Part shown: positions 42,408 to 52,496 of the stretch, in pieces
Layout: every line of letters starts with the position of its first letter
Numbering within the stretch: position 1 is the stretch's first letter
Source: Barthelona sp. PCE
Taxonomy: Eukaryota
Assembly (NCBI GenBank): GCA_040285745.1
Contig: JAUFOR010000007.1
Span: 1 to 64,000 of the forward strand
Direction: 5' to 3'
Length of the DNA stretch: 64,000 nucleotides
Notes under the pieces: generated by a model
Seen by the model: only the letters and a program-made list of their open reading frames with translations
Told to the model about the DNA's origin: nothing
Database searches by the model: none
Position numbers and translations under genes: made by a program

Positions 42408-43742
42408 TTACTTTCCTTCTTCATATATGGCAGCCTCTCTTTCCTTTTGTCGAACCTTTCTGCCACCATTATCAACACGACGACGATCCTTACGAGTGAC
42501 GGATTCAAGCTGAATATGTTCTCTTCTTTTGGCGTTAATAAGTGCCTTGGGTAACTTGTGAGCTCTTCTGATATTGCGGATCTGATCAACAGAACCGAAC
42601 TTCTTCTTTAATTGGTTCTCATAATTGATCTTAACACGTTCTTTCCTCACCATTGGCTTCACCTGCATGTTAGCGCGTGTCTTCCAAATTCTGATATTGG
42701 TATCATCACTACCACTTAAAACAAAACGTCCATCTCCGCTGAACTCCACAGAGAAAAGCCTCTGCATTCGACGTGTGTGATAAACATCCCTGGATCGACC
42801 ATCAAGACTGTTCCAAATACGTAGCGTTCTGTCAAAGGAACCAGACACGAATTCACGACCTGTAGGACTGAAACGACAGCACTGTACTGAATTCATATGA
42901 TCCTTGTGCACAGTCTTGGCCTTCTTAAAGTTACGCATATCGAATGAGTAAACATTTCCGTCCATACTTGCCATAATAAAGTTAACGGGCTCCTGAGGGT
43001 TCCAATCAATATCATTACATATATGCTTCATTGTCAACCTGCGGATCGCCTTTTTCGCCCTGGTGTCGTATAGAATCATACTACGTTGTGTGTCACAGGC
43101 CAACACCAGATGCGGTTCGGAGGGTGCGAATTTGAGCTTTGCGATTTCACCGTCCATCATATCGAACTTGAGCTCCTGGATGGGTGTTGTCGAGTTGACG
43201 TCCCAGAGGCGCATCGTTGTGTCTCCTGTTGCGTACAGTGGTACCACAGGGTTACAATCAACGCAACGCAAGGAATGGGGTGATATCCATGTGTGTACTG
43301 GAAGGATGGATCCTGACTCATCCTGATCAACCTCCCACATCTTGACTGTGCAATCATCTGAGCACGTAAGCACGTGATCTCCGTCCCTCTGTAATGCAAC
43401 ACCGCGAACAAAACCTTGATGTGCTTTAACTGTCCAAAGTGGCATTCTAGCTGAGATATTCCACCTAACTAAATCACCATCGCACGCTCCAGAGAAAAAT
43501 GTGCTAATTCTAATGGGATGCCGTTGAAGACACCAAATACTATCTGTGTGTGATTCCAATGCACCTATGAGTGGCTTGGCGAACGTTTTGTCCAGTTTTG
43601 TCGAGTTTAAAGCCCTTACATACTCTCTCTCATGAAGAAAAGGATGTGCTTCCTTGGATTTGGAATGGAAAATTGGTTGAAGCACTTCTTTTGTGTCAGA
43701 AGTGTATTTACGCTTCGATCTGCTCAGCACCTTCACTCTCAT
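42408..43742 (-). CDS. SOF1: DCAF13/SOF1 WD40 protein (U3 snoRNP / SSU processome)
   Basis: MRVKVLSR start, HPF..EREYVRALN.TKLDK.FAKP, WNPQEP.NF, FSPTGREFVSGSFDRT, SRDVYHTRRMQR, SGSDDTNIRIWK and Sof1 C-terminus. Confidence 0.95.
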   Translation of the reverse strand: MRVKVLSRSKRKYTSDTKEVLQPIFHSKSKEAHPFLHEREYVRALNSTKLDKTFAKPLIGALESHTDSIWCLQRHPIRISTFFSGACDGDLVRWNISARMPLWTVKAHQGFVRGVALQRDGDHVLTCSDDCTVKMWEVDQDESGSILPVHTWISPHSLRCVDCNPVVPLYATGDTTMRLWDVNSTTPIQELKFDMMDGEIAKLKFAPSEPHLVLACDTQRSMILYDTRAKKAIRRLTMKHICNDIDWNPQEPVNFIMASMDGNVYSFDMRNFKKAKTVHKDHMNSVQCCRFSPTGREFVSGSFDRTLRIWNSLDGRSRDVYHTRRMQRLFSVEFSGDGRFVLSGSDDTNIRIWKTRANMQVKPMVRKERVKINYENQLKKKFGSVDQIRNIRRAHKLPKALINAKRREHIQLESVTRKDRRRVDNGGRKVRQKEREAAIYEEGK

Positions 43743-44054
43743 TTGCAAAAAAAAGAACTTTTGAAAAGGGTCAGAAAAAATGTGCCACTTAAATGAAATA
43801 ATTTCATTATGTAGAAGCTTTTTCATCCTTTCCATAGCTGGATTGGGCCCTAATGTTGAGCTAATGAGCGGTAAATTGATGATTAAGATTCCCTGCTATT
43901 TTCAGACATATCCTTCATCCTTGAGGTCTAATGTTCCTTGATGTTGGTATCAACAGCAGTATGCGCCGTGAATCAAAGATAAAGTAAGCATTAGATGCAA
44001 TTCAATTTATGAAGCTCAATTCAAGCTTTTATATTCCTTTTCTTTCCCAATGAT

Positions 44055-47000
44055 ATGATTAAGCGGGTTATTTTTTTAATATTCATTTTAATTGGATGTT
44101 CAATTGCAGATTCATCCAACCCATGCACATTTTTTGCAACTTATAATACAAATTCTTGCAATGGTGATATAACTGAGCTCAACGCTGATACTGGAGCACT
44201 TTTTATGCGTGTGGGTACATCATCAGCATTCATATCCGTTAACTGTTCACACACAAACTCAATTTTGTCTTCTAGGTGCTTTAAATCAGTGAATATGATT
44301 AATCACTTGGGGTTAGATAAGGTAGACAGTTCATCCAAACAATTTGTTGTAATCAGTACAACGAAGAACATCGAAGATCTAAGCAACATCACGTTTTTAA
44401 CATTTTCTCAGAGTTTTCTGCACAAAACGTCTCAATACCCCCATGGATTAAGCATGTTCAACGTGCGCGTATCAGTTCTATGCTCTTTTTCATGTTTTAA
44501 GAAAAAAATTGTCACAAACCCTCATCTTTTTATTCATGTGTTTGATATTGTCCAGAACGTACCACTTCTCAACCGTGCAGTGCCCTTTGTACTCGGATCG
44601 CCCGAGTACAACATCACAAACAGCTTTTACCAAAAGGGCTTCTTCGGACGGAATGAGCTGCTGGCTATTGCCGATAGTGGATTGAATTTGTTCTCCCCAT
44701 TCCTTTACGATTCAGCCGGCACGATCATATACAACTCAGAAACCCCCAGTAATCACCGCAAGGTCAAGTACTATTTCACAGAGTACGGTGATAGTTTCGA
44801 TCTCAATGGTCATGGTACTACCGTTGCATCATGTGCAGCTGGAAGTGTGTATGACTCATGCGACAATCTTATCGGATACAATGGGGTCTCAGATGCGTTC
44901 ATCCACTTCCAGGACCTTAGCACCTCAGAAGGGACAAGTATAACCGTCCCGCCCGACATTGCTAATGATCTATTCGTTCCAGCCGCCGACAGAGGCGTGT
45001 CTGTACACTCCAATTCGTATGGTGGTGGTCCGTATCTGTACAGTTATCAGGACCTCGGCCTAGATGCAACTGCCGAACACTCTCATCACATGCTCATAGT
45101 CGTTGCTGCAGGAAACGCTGGTACTAGCGGATTTCAGACAGTCATGACCCCTGCGGCAGCCAAAAACTCGCTTTCTGTGGGAGCTACAGTACATCGTGCT
45201 GAGGGATACAGGCGGTATTGTTGTTTGATGGGTTATGAATGTTGTTCAAGTGATAGCATCAGCGACGGTGACGCAGTGGCGTATTTTTCGTCACGTGGTC
45301 CAATGGCCAACGGTGCAATGGGAATTGACATCGTAGCACCGGGTTCAAAGATCTTAGCTGGAAAAGTAGTCACTACACCCTTGCCCGGAGATACACAGAA
45401 CTGCACAGAGTCCACAACAGACAGTAACTCGTTGTTGGGGTATGTTGACGGTACATCCTTTTCTGCACCGATTGTAAGCGGTGCAGCTATTCTTATCAAG
45501 GAGTGGATGGATGCAGAGTACACTAACTTGAACAATTCACTGTACATGAACGCTTCATTCGTCACAAACACACTGCTGAAGGCACTTGTACTGGGAGGCG
45601 CTGATTATGATTATGTTGATACGGCCTATATGGTGCGGCCGTCAGATTTCATTAAAGTAGCGTATCTGAGACCTTTGCCCGCCTTTGCTAAGCCATTCTT
45701 TGTTGGGTTTGGACTGCTCCGCGCAGATAAAAGTGTTCCCATTAACAATGATTTCGATTTGGTTGCCGAAGATCTCACCATCTACCCTCTGAAATTCTAT
45801 GTCTTTGATCTGGTCGTCCAGAACACAACCACAATCACGATCGCCTACAACGATGAGCCAGTCTTTCCGGGCTCTGATAACCCCATTGTCAATATTGTGA
45901 ACCTTGCTCTTCGCAGAACAGATCAGTGTCTGTATTACTTTGAGAATGAGTTTGACCTGACTGGAATGAGTATTGAGCATAATGTGACATCCGACAGGGA
46001 AAAAATAGATCGCAATACCGTTAAGAAAATAGTGGTTGGACCGGGTTCCTACTCAGGTAAATTTTTCATTCAACAGAGTTCTGGCACAGCGCTAAATATT
46101 AGTCTCGCCATAAACGGACACTTCCAATACGAAAACCTTACAAAACACTCGTATCTGACATTTGTTGAGGTTACAGAACGAGACAGTCAAATGGATTGCT
46201 GCAACCCAGGGACCGCACAGTTGACACGTGGTGGGTTCTGTGTATGCTCTGCCTTTTCCTATGGACCATTTTGTAACGGAAGCGCTACTATAGTCAATCA
46301 GAAGATTTCTGTGGAAAATTTAACTGTCAAATATGAGATGAAGAACATTGTGCACTTCAACAATTGGATCAACATGTATGATATGTTTTACTTTCGAGTT
46401 AACACATCCGGTATCGTTGCACGAACATTACTTCTTGAGATGAAACCCTTGTTGGTTTCAAGAGAAGCAAATTTGAAGCTCGTGATTCCTGACTACTCAT
46501 TGGCTGTGCACCATGAGGGTGCTAGTACTTATATACCAGCAACACCGCATTTTTTCAATGACACCAGTCGTTCAGATTTTTTCTATGCGGTCGACGAAGA
46601 AATTCACTTATTTGCCGTGGAAGCAACTATCCCAAGCAATGTCTTGGATGCTATATTCGATTCAAGTCACTTCATTGATGCAATTGATGATGGTTACCTG
46701 TACGATTGGGCACTTAACGTATCTATGGAAGTTACAACGACCATGTGTCTTCCACAATGCCACATCAGTGGCGGCTCCTGTGAATTCAGCAGCTTGACAC
46801 CATGGAGATCTATCACGACCTGGATATTTGATAAAATCCACTCATTTGAACCAAAAGACATTGATGTAGAAGTTGTAGATGGTGAAGAGTACTCCCACTT
46901 GTGCAAGTGCACTTCTTCCAAATACGGCAGTGCATGTGAGAACAGCATTTTTGCTCACAATGCTTCGGTTTTGTGGTTTAGAACCATTATTTTCATGCTA

Positions 47001-47096
47001 CCAGTTTATTGTTTGATCATGATGTTTTCTCCACCAAAAACCGAGCTGAAACGCAAAAAGGATGAGGCAGAACAAAAAATTGATGATGTTGTATAA
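44055..47096 (+). CDS. Membrane-anchored subtilisin-like serine protease (S8, KP-43/TagB-like) with EGF-like modules
   Basis: Signal peptide; catalytic IADSG, NGHGTTVA, oxyanion AAGN, GTSFSAP; HSNSYG, TPAAAKN, FSSRGP; Cys-rich EGF-like segments; C-terminal TM. Confidence 0.9.
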   Translation: MIKRVIFLIFILIGCSIADSSNPCTFFATYNTNSCNGDITELNADTGALFMRVGTSSAFISVNCSHTNSILSSRCFKSVNMINHLGLDKVDSSSKQFVVISTTKNIEDLSNITFLTFSQSFLHKTSQYPHGLSMFNVRVSVLCSFSCFKKKIVTNPHLFIHVFDIVQNVPLLNRAVPFVLGSPEYNITNSFYQKGFFGRNELLAIADSGLNLFSPFLYDSAGTIIYNSETPSNHRKVKYYFTEYGDSFDLNGHGTTVASCAAGSVYDSCDNLIGYNGVSDAFIHFQDLSTSEGTSITVPPDIANDLFVPAADRGVSVHSNSYGGGPYLYSYQDLGLDATAEHSHHMLIVVAAGNAGTSGFQTVMTPAAAKNSLSVGATVHRAEGYRRYCCLMGYECCSSDSISDGDAVAYFSSRGPMANGAMGIDIVAPGSKILAGKVVTTPLPGDTQNCTESTTDSNSLLGYVDGTSFSAPIVSGAAILIKEWMDAEYTNLNNSLYMNASFVTNTLLKALVLGGADYDYVDTAYMVRPSDFIKVAYLRPLPAFAKPFFVGFGLLRADKSVPINNDFDLVAEDLTIYPLKFYVFDLVVQNTTTITIAYNDEPVFPGSDNPIVNIVNLALRRTDQCLYYFENEFDLTGMSIEHNVTSDREKIDRNTVKKIVVGPGSYSGKFFIQQSSGTALNISLAINGHFQYENLTKHSYLTFVEVTERDSQMDCCNPGTAQLTRGGFCVCSAFSYGPFCNGSATIVNQKISVENLTVKYEMKNIVHFNNWINMYDMFYFRVNTSGIVARTLLLEMKPLLVSREANLKLVIPDYSLAVHHEGASTYIPATPHFFNDTSRSDFFYAVDEEIHLFAVEATIPSNVLDAIFDSSHFIDAIDDGYLYDWALNVSMEVTTTMCLPQCHISGGSCEFSSLTPWRSITTWIFDKIHSFEPKDIDVEVVDGEEYSHLCKCTSSKYGSACENSIFAHNASVLWFRTIIFMLPVYCLIMMFSPPKTELKRKKDEAEQKIDDVV

Positions 47097-47105
47097 TTTA
47101 ATTTT

Positions 47106-47819
47106 TTACCTTTTTAATATTTCAGTGAATGTATCATGAACTTGTGGTTCAACTGATAAAAATTTCAAAATATTAATTATTTTAGACCTACAACCATCAA
47201 TTAAAAAAGAATACAACAATTTGGAATGTGTTGTTTTTTGAATCGCATTAATCATCAGATTTAAACTCCTGATCCTTTCCTTATCATCATTGAATGCTAA
47301 AAATACTAGTAATCTACAATAAAATAAGTCAATCTCTGATTCTGGGATCTGCTCTGTATGAAGACATACTGATTCAGACAATTTGTACTGTGGCATGTCA
47401 ACAAACATGAAACTGCGAAGAGTTGCGGTCGGGAGAGCATCAAGAATTGTGGAAAAGTGATCACGCTTCAAATTCTTTTTCATACAAGTGTAGAATGGAG
47501 TTATTTTCCATTCATCTGGTGTTCTGCATGTAATATGGGATGCGTAGCCACTCATCTTTGATAATATAAAGTGCTCTGACTCATCATTCAATGCAATAAA
47601 CAATTGTGAGAATAGAATAAGCTCAAATTCATACTTATCAACGGTCATTTCACCGATTTTCAAAAGTGCAGCATCAATAAAACGTTCAAAACCATAAATA
47701 TCATCGTCATTCGAAAAATCAAGTCTAAAAAGAATTCGTTCCAAGACAGTTTCGAACTCCATGGGGTCCAAGTCCCTCAAAGCAGCATTGGCCCGTTTGA
47801 ATTGCTTCTTAATAAGCAT
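47106..47819 (-). CDS. Hypothetical helical protein
   Basis: 237-aa ATG ORF exactly filling the space between flanking genes. Confidence 0.65.
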   Translation of the reverse strand: MLIKKQFKRANAALRDLDPMEFETVLERILFRLDFSNDDDIYGFERFIDAALLKIGEMTVDKYEFELILFSQLFIALNDESEHFILSKMSGYASHITCRTPDEWKITPFYTCMKKNLKRDHFSTILDALPTATLRSFMFVDMPQYKLSESVCLHTEQIPESEIDLFYCRLLVFLAFNDDKERIRSLNLMINAIQKTTHSKLLYSFLIDGCRSKIINILKFLSVEPQVHDTFTEILKR

Positions 47820-47860
47820 TGTGAAGGTTGTTTTTTAGATTTCGAGCACTTTTATTCTTT

Positions 47861-50800
47861 ATGAACTTCTACCCCGCTGAATTCACTTCTCTGGGTGTCG
47901 AACTACGTATAAATCGTAGGGATTTTGCATTTGGGCAAGTAGATGATTGTTTTGTTATCTTTGGTGGATCCGCGGGTCAAAATCTCGTGAATACGTTATC
48001 TCACGTCAGCTGTGATGAGTCAGAAGCCGCATTTACCGACATTGAACTTCCAAATCTTCCTTCTCCACGTGTTTATGCAGCTGGTTGTGGTGTACGAACC
48101 AGCAGTGGACCAAATATGTTTTTTCACGGCGGCCGTGATACAAGCTCATTCTTAAGTGACTGCATGATCTATTCTCCATTAGAAAAAGCTATTTTACCTA
48201 TTGCCTTTCAACACGTGTATCAACCAAATATTACACGTCTACCGACCTTGGGCTACAAGTGGCGCCTCGTCCGTGACAAGCGCTTCCAGCTCCCTGCCCT
48301 TTCCGGACATAGTGCAGCCAGCACTAATGGATTGGTTTTTCTCTTTGGTGGTCAGATGCCTTCGGGCAAGTCATCCAAGCTGTCAAACGCACTCCATGTT
48401 GTGGACCTGGAGACGTTGCAGTGGATGATTGTTGAGACGAAAAACGTGCCCGACCCCGTTACGTTGCACAGTTCAGAAATTGTTGGTAATAATATGTACG
48501 TATTTGGAGGAAGAACCAAGAATGGTGTCTCAGACATCATACACAAGCTGGATCTATCATCAATGACATGGACGATCGTTTCAAGTTTCTACAAACCTCA
48601 GCCAAGATTCCACATGAGCACTTTTGTCATCGAGAAGGAGCGTACCAAGCTAATCGGAATAAGCGGCGGACTCACGACAATGGGTAATGCCAAGCAGCAA
48701 ATTCCACTGAGCGACCTATGGTTCTTCAACACGTCAAACGAGGAGTTCTTCTTTATCAAGACTCCAAGCATTCAGATGAACGGTCATGCCTCACTGCTAT
48801 TTGACTCAAACGCGTCTATTCTGCTCTTTGATGGGCTCAGTTCGGTCAGCCTTTCGCTTTTGTTCGACTTTGAGAAGCCAAAGAAGGAGGATAGTTCTGA
48901 GAGTGTTTCTCTCCTCATGCAGCAGATCAGTGATCTCAAACAAGCTGATGTTTCAAAGAGCATGGCCCACCAGGCCGCTGAGCACCGCTTAACTTCAACG
49001 ATTAGTGAACTTGAGGAGAGTATCAAAGTCCATGAGCTTTCGAAGCAACAGTACAACTGTGACATTGCTGAGTTACACGAACAATTGTTATCTATCCATC
49101 AGTATGCTGACGAGCAGACCGAGGAGGTAACGAGTCTTACTAGCAAGAAGGCCAGCCTCGAGTCCGAACGCGATGATCTGCTGAGTCGACTCAATTCTCT
49201 TAGTGAAGTTAAGAGCGATGTCACCAAGAGCATTGAAGAATTGCAGAGCAAAATTGATTTATTGCAATCTGAGCGAGATTCAGTTCAGATTGATCATGAT
49301 TCTATGAAAAATGAACGCGATGCAATTAAAAACGAGCGGGACGTTGTCAATGAGCAATTTAACTCTTTGAAAAATGAACGCGACAGTATTGAAAAGCAGC
49401 TAAATACAACCAAGACCGAATGCATTAACATAAAAGAAGAATGCGAGCAGTTGAAGAGACAATACCAGACTGTCAAACATGAGGCTGAGAACAACCAAGC
49501 TGATGCAGATGAGGCAAACCAGGCGCTGTTCCGCATTTCCGATGAGTTTGAAGATTTTCGACTGAAGGCTGAGGATGAGCTCATTGCGTGCAACACCGAG
49601 ATTGCAACGCTACAGGAGGCCAACGACACGCTGCACAAAACACTTGCCTCTTCGACAGATGACAAGGACAGAATGGCAACGCTTAGAACCGAATTCGATA
49701 ACAGGATTGCTGCACTTCAAGACAAACTGGTTGAAATCGACCAGCAGAAGACTGTTGTTGAACAGCAGCTTGAAGCGAAGAATAAGAAGATTGCCTCGTT
49801 GGAGAATAAGCTTAAAGCATCAATGGAAGAACTCGAGAACGGTAAGGCTGACCTATCATCTACGTTAAGTGAACTCAACAGCTTGAATACCATGCTTGAT
49901 GCCATGCGTATGTCGCACACTGATGAAATCTCGGCTGTTAAGCAAGATGCTGAAAAGATACATGCTACAGAACTTGCAAAGATGGAAGCTGCACTCGATG
50001 AGTTAAAATTGAGTTACACTGATTTAGAGGCAAAATTCGAGTCCATTAGTTCAGAAAAGGCCAAGGCGGAGGAAGCAATTGCTGCCCGTGATGCCAAGAT
50101 TGTGCAACTCAATGAACAGAGCAATGAGATGGAGATCAAATTTAAAACTCATTTGGCTGATGAGATTCAACTTCGCGAGACAGTTGAGATGCAGAACGTG
50201 CAGCTCACTGATGATCTCCGCTTGAAGGGTGAAGCGCTTGCTGACAAGAATGAAAAAATCATTGATTTGACGAGTGCTGCAACCAACAATGAGGCTGAAT
50301 TCAAAACTCAACTAGCTGATGAGATTCGTCTTCGTGAAGAAACTACATTAGCTCTTGAAGCAAAGATAGATGAGCTTACCAATGCAGTTAGTGATGTAAC
50401 CGCCCGCTTGACATCTGAAACCAAACTACGCGAGGAAACTGAGGCAAAAATTGAATCTATTGCTGAAACTCACAATGAAGCTTTAGAAGCTTTGAATCTG
50501 TCTCACTCTGCAACAATGGCCAATGAAAAGGCTCTTCATGAGACAAAGCTGACTGAATTGGAAGAAAAAATAACTGAAAAGGATAGTGAAATTGAAAATC
50601 TCACAAAATCTCTGAAATCTTCTGAAGTAATTTTCAATAATAAGTGTGAACAAATGCAAATACATAACGAAACTGTTTGTGCTGGCCTTAAAAAAGAAAT
50701 AATTGATAAGGAAAGTAAGATATTAAAGTTGAATGAATGTTTTATTGAATCAAACAATGATATCATCAGGCTAAATGATGAAATCATAAAGTTGAATGAT

Positions 50801-52456
50801 GTAATCATTCAAAAGAACACTGTTATTAATGAAGCTTCATCTTCTATTGCTGAAAGAAATGCTACGATAGATGGACTTAAATCTTCAAAGCAGGCACTTG
50901 AAGAAGAGTTCAGCACACAATTATCGGACGAGATCCGCATGAGGGAGGAGGCTGCTGCTGACTTTGAAGCGAAAATTGATGCACTCACGACTGAAAACGC
51001 AGAGCTTCACAAGTCTCTCACAATTCTTGAAGATAACAACAAGTTGCAGATTGCAACAGTTGAGAAGGAGGTTGAGGTCGTCAAGCAACGCGCTGATGAA
51101 GCAGATAGTATGAAGGATTCCATCATTGATGATTTACGAGAGGAGGTTAATCAGCTCAGCGTACAAATCGAAAAGGTGAAAGAAACCGCTGCTGTGCAAA
51201 ATGAAAAGGCCCGCAAGACCAGCACCGATCTTAGGAAGGAGCTTGCTCTTGTCCAGGCTGAGAAAACGGAATTGGCTTCTGATGTTGAGTCGCTCGTTCA
51301 TAAAGTGGGTAAACACAGAACCTCTGCTGATAAGCTTCAGAAGGATCTAGGCTTTAGAAACGAGGAAATCAACTCTCTAAAAGAGGAGCTTAACGTTGCC
51401 CGCAATAAGGCTGAGGATACCACTCTTTCTGATAAAATTAGAGTGTTAGAATCTGATCTTACCGATCTTTCTGATAAGTACAATGTCCTAAAATCGCAGA
51501 ATATAGTACTAAAAACGACAATTTCTGAACTGGAAGAGGCTAACAACACTATGCTACTTGAATCAAAGGAAAATGAGCACAAATTCAGTGTGATGTCGAC
51601 AGGATTTGCCGAACTTACTCAGGAGCACCAAGATCTACGCACGTTGCACGATGATATCAAAATTGACAGGGATAAGCTACTCACCGAATTACAAACTGCA
51701 GGCGACTTGCTCTTCGAACTCTCAGAAGACAATAAGTTGCAGTTATCAAAGGCTGAGACCATATGGAAGGAGGAGCGCGATGTTCTGCTACTCAAGAACG
51801 TTAGTCTTCAGAAGGAAGTTGACGATGCTGCCGCTCTAGTTTCCAGTGTTGAGGGTTTGGAAATCTTCGTACAAGATCTTGTTTCACGCATGGATCACCT
51901 TGGTACCGTCACTCAGCAACAGCGCGACGAGCTTAAGGCGATTAAAATTGAGAGAGATTCAATCGCGGAAGAAAGGCAGCGAATCAGCGATGATCTTCGC
52001 ATTGTTGAGGCTGAAAACATCGTTATCCGAGAGGAAATGATTGTGAAGAACTCAAGTTACGCGGATATGGAAGAACGCCTTGCAAAATTCCACGAGACCA
52101 CAATGGACAGTGCTACAGAAAAAGACTTACATGACGAAATTGATGTATTACGTGCAGATATTACAGCTAAAGACCGCTCAATTGATGACCTCACGGTTAA
52201 ATTTGAAGAGAAAGATGCTCTTTTATCGTATCGCGAGAATGAAATGGAATTAGCTACCTCAGCCCATGCTATTGAGGTTGAAAATTTAAAAAAGAGGATC
52301 AGAAAGGATGAGAAAGCAAGCGATGCTCTTCATGCCAAACTCAAGGACACTATTGATCAACAAGAGCACATGCTTAAAATGCGTGACAAGGAGATTATCG
52401 AGTTAAGATCTGATTTACAATTAGCACAAGGTGGTAAAGGCTGTCTTTGTTTTTAA
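47861..52456 (+). CDS. Kelch-repeat protein with ~1150-aa coiled coil and C-terminal CaaX-like motif (GCLCF)
   Basis: Kelch signatures VIFGG, FFHGG, SGHS..FLFGG, LHSS..MYVFGG, FHMS..ISGG; long heptad region; ends GGKGCLCF-stop. First ATG at 47861. Confidence 0.88.
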   Translation: MNFYPAEFTSLGVELRINRRDFAFGQVDDCFVIFGGSAGQNLVNTLSHVSCDESEAAFTDIELPNLPSPRVYAAGCGVRTSSGPNMFFHGGRDTSSFLSDCMIYSPLEKAILPIAFQHVYQPNITRLPTLGYKWRLVRDKRFQLPALSGHSAASTNGLVFLFGGQMPSGKSSKLSNALHVVDLETLQWMIVETKNVPDPVTLHSSEIVGNNMYVFGGRTKNGVSDIIHKLDLSSMTWTIVSSFYKPQPRFHMSTFVIEKERTKLIGISGGLTTMGNAKQQIPLSDLWFFNTSNEEFFFIKTPSIQMNGHASLLFDSNASILLFDGLSSVSLSLLFDFEKPKKEDSSESVSLLMQQISDLKQADVSKSMAHQAAEHRLTSTISELEESIKVHELSKQQYNCDIAELHEQLLSIHQYADEQTEEVTSLTSKKASLESERDDLLSRLNSLSEVKSDVTKSIEELQSKIDLLQSERDSVQIDHDSMKNERDAIKNERDVVNEQFNSLKNERDSIEKQLNTTKTECINIKEECEQLKRQYQTVKHEAENNQADADEANQALFRISDEFEDFRLKAEDELIACNTEIATLQEANDTLHKTLASSTDDKDRMATLRTEFDNRIAALQDKLVEIDQQKTVVEQQLEAKNKKIASLENKLKASMEELENGKADLSSTLSELNSLNTMLDAMRMSHTDEISAVKQDAEKIHATELAKMEAALDELKLSYTDLEAKFESISSEKAKAEEAIAARDAKIVQLNEQSNEMEIKFKTHLADEIQLRETVEMQNVQLTDDLRLKGEALADKNEKIIDLTSAATNNEAEFKTQLADEIRLREETTLALEAKIDELTNAVSDVTARLTSETKLREETEAKIESIAETHNEALEALNLSHSATMANEKALHETKLTELEEKITEKDSEIENLTKSLKSSEVIFNNKCEQMQIHNETVCAGLKKEIIDKESKILKLNECFIESNNDIIRLNDEIIKLNDVIIQKNTVINEASSSIAERNATIDGLKSSKQALEEEFSTQLSDEIRMREEAAADFEAKIDALTTENAELHKSLTILEDNNKLQIATVEKEVEVVKQRADEADSMKDSIIDDLREEVNQLSVQIEKVKETAAVQNEKARKTSTDLRKELALVQAEKTELASDVESLVHKVGKHRTSADKLQKDLGFRNEEINSLKEELNVARNKAEDTTLSDKIRVLESDLTDLSDKYNVLKSQNIVLKTTISELEEANNTMLLESKENEHKFSVMSTGFAELTQEHQDLRTLHDDIKIDRDKLLTELQTAGDLLFELSEDNKLQLSKAETIWKEERDVLLLKNVSLQKEVDDAAALVSSVEGLEIFVQDLVSRMDHLGTVTQQQRDELKAIKIERDSIAEERQRISDDLRIVEAENIVIREEMIVKNSSYADMEERLAKFHETTMDSATEKDLHDEIDVLRADITAKDRSIDDLTVKFEEKDALLSYRENEMELATSAHAIEVENLKKRIRKDEKASDALHAKLKDTIDQQEHMLKMRDKEIIELRSDLQLAQGGKGCLCF

Positions 52457-52496
52457 TTAACTGCAAATAAAGTAATTATAATGCTTTTTACTAAAA

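Noticed and set aside
43800-44050. Possible ncRNA (TGATGA box-C-like) between SOF1 and the subtilase
   Set aside because: No matching box D or terminal stem on that strand, and no recognisable snRNA/tRNA structure.
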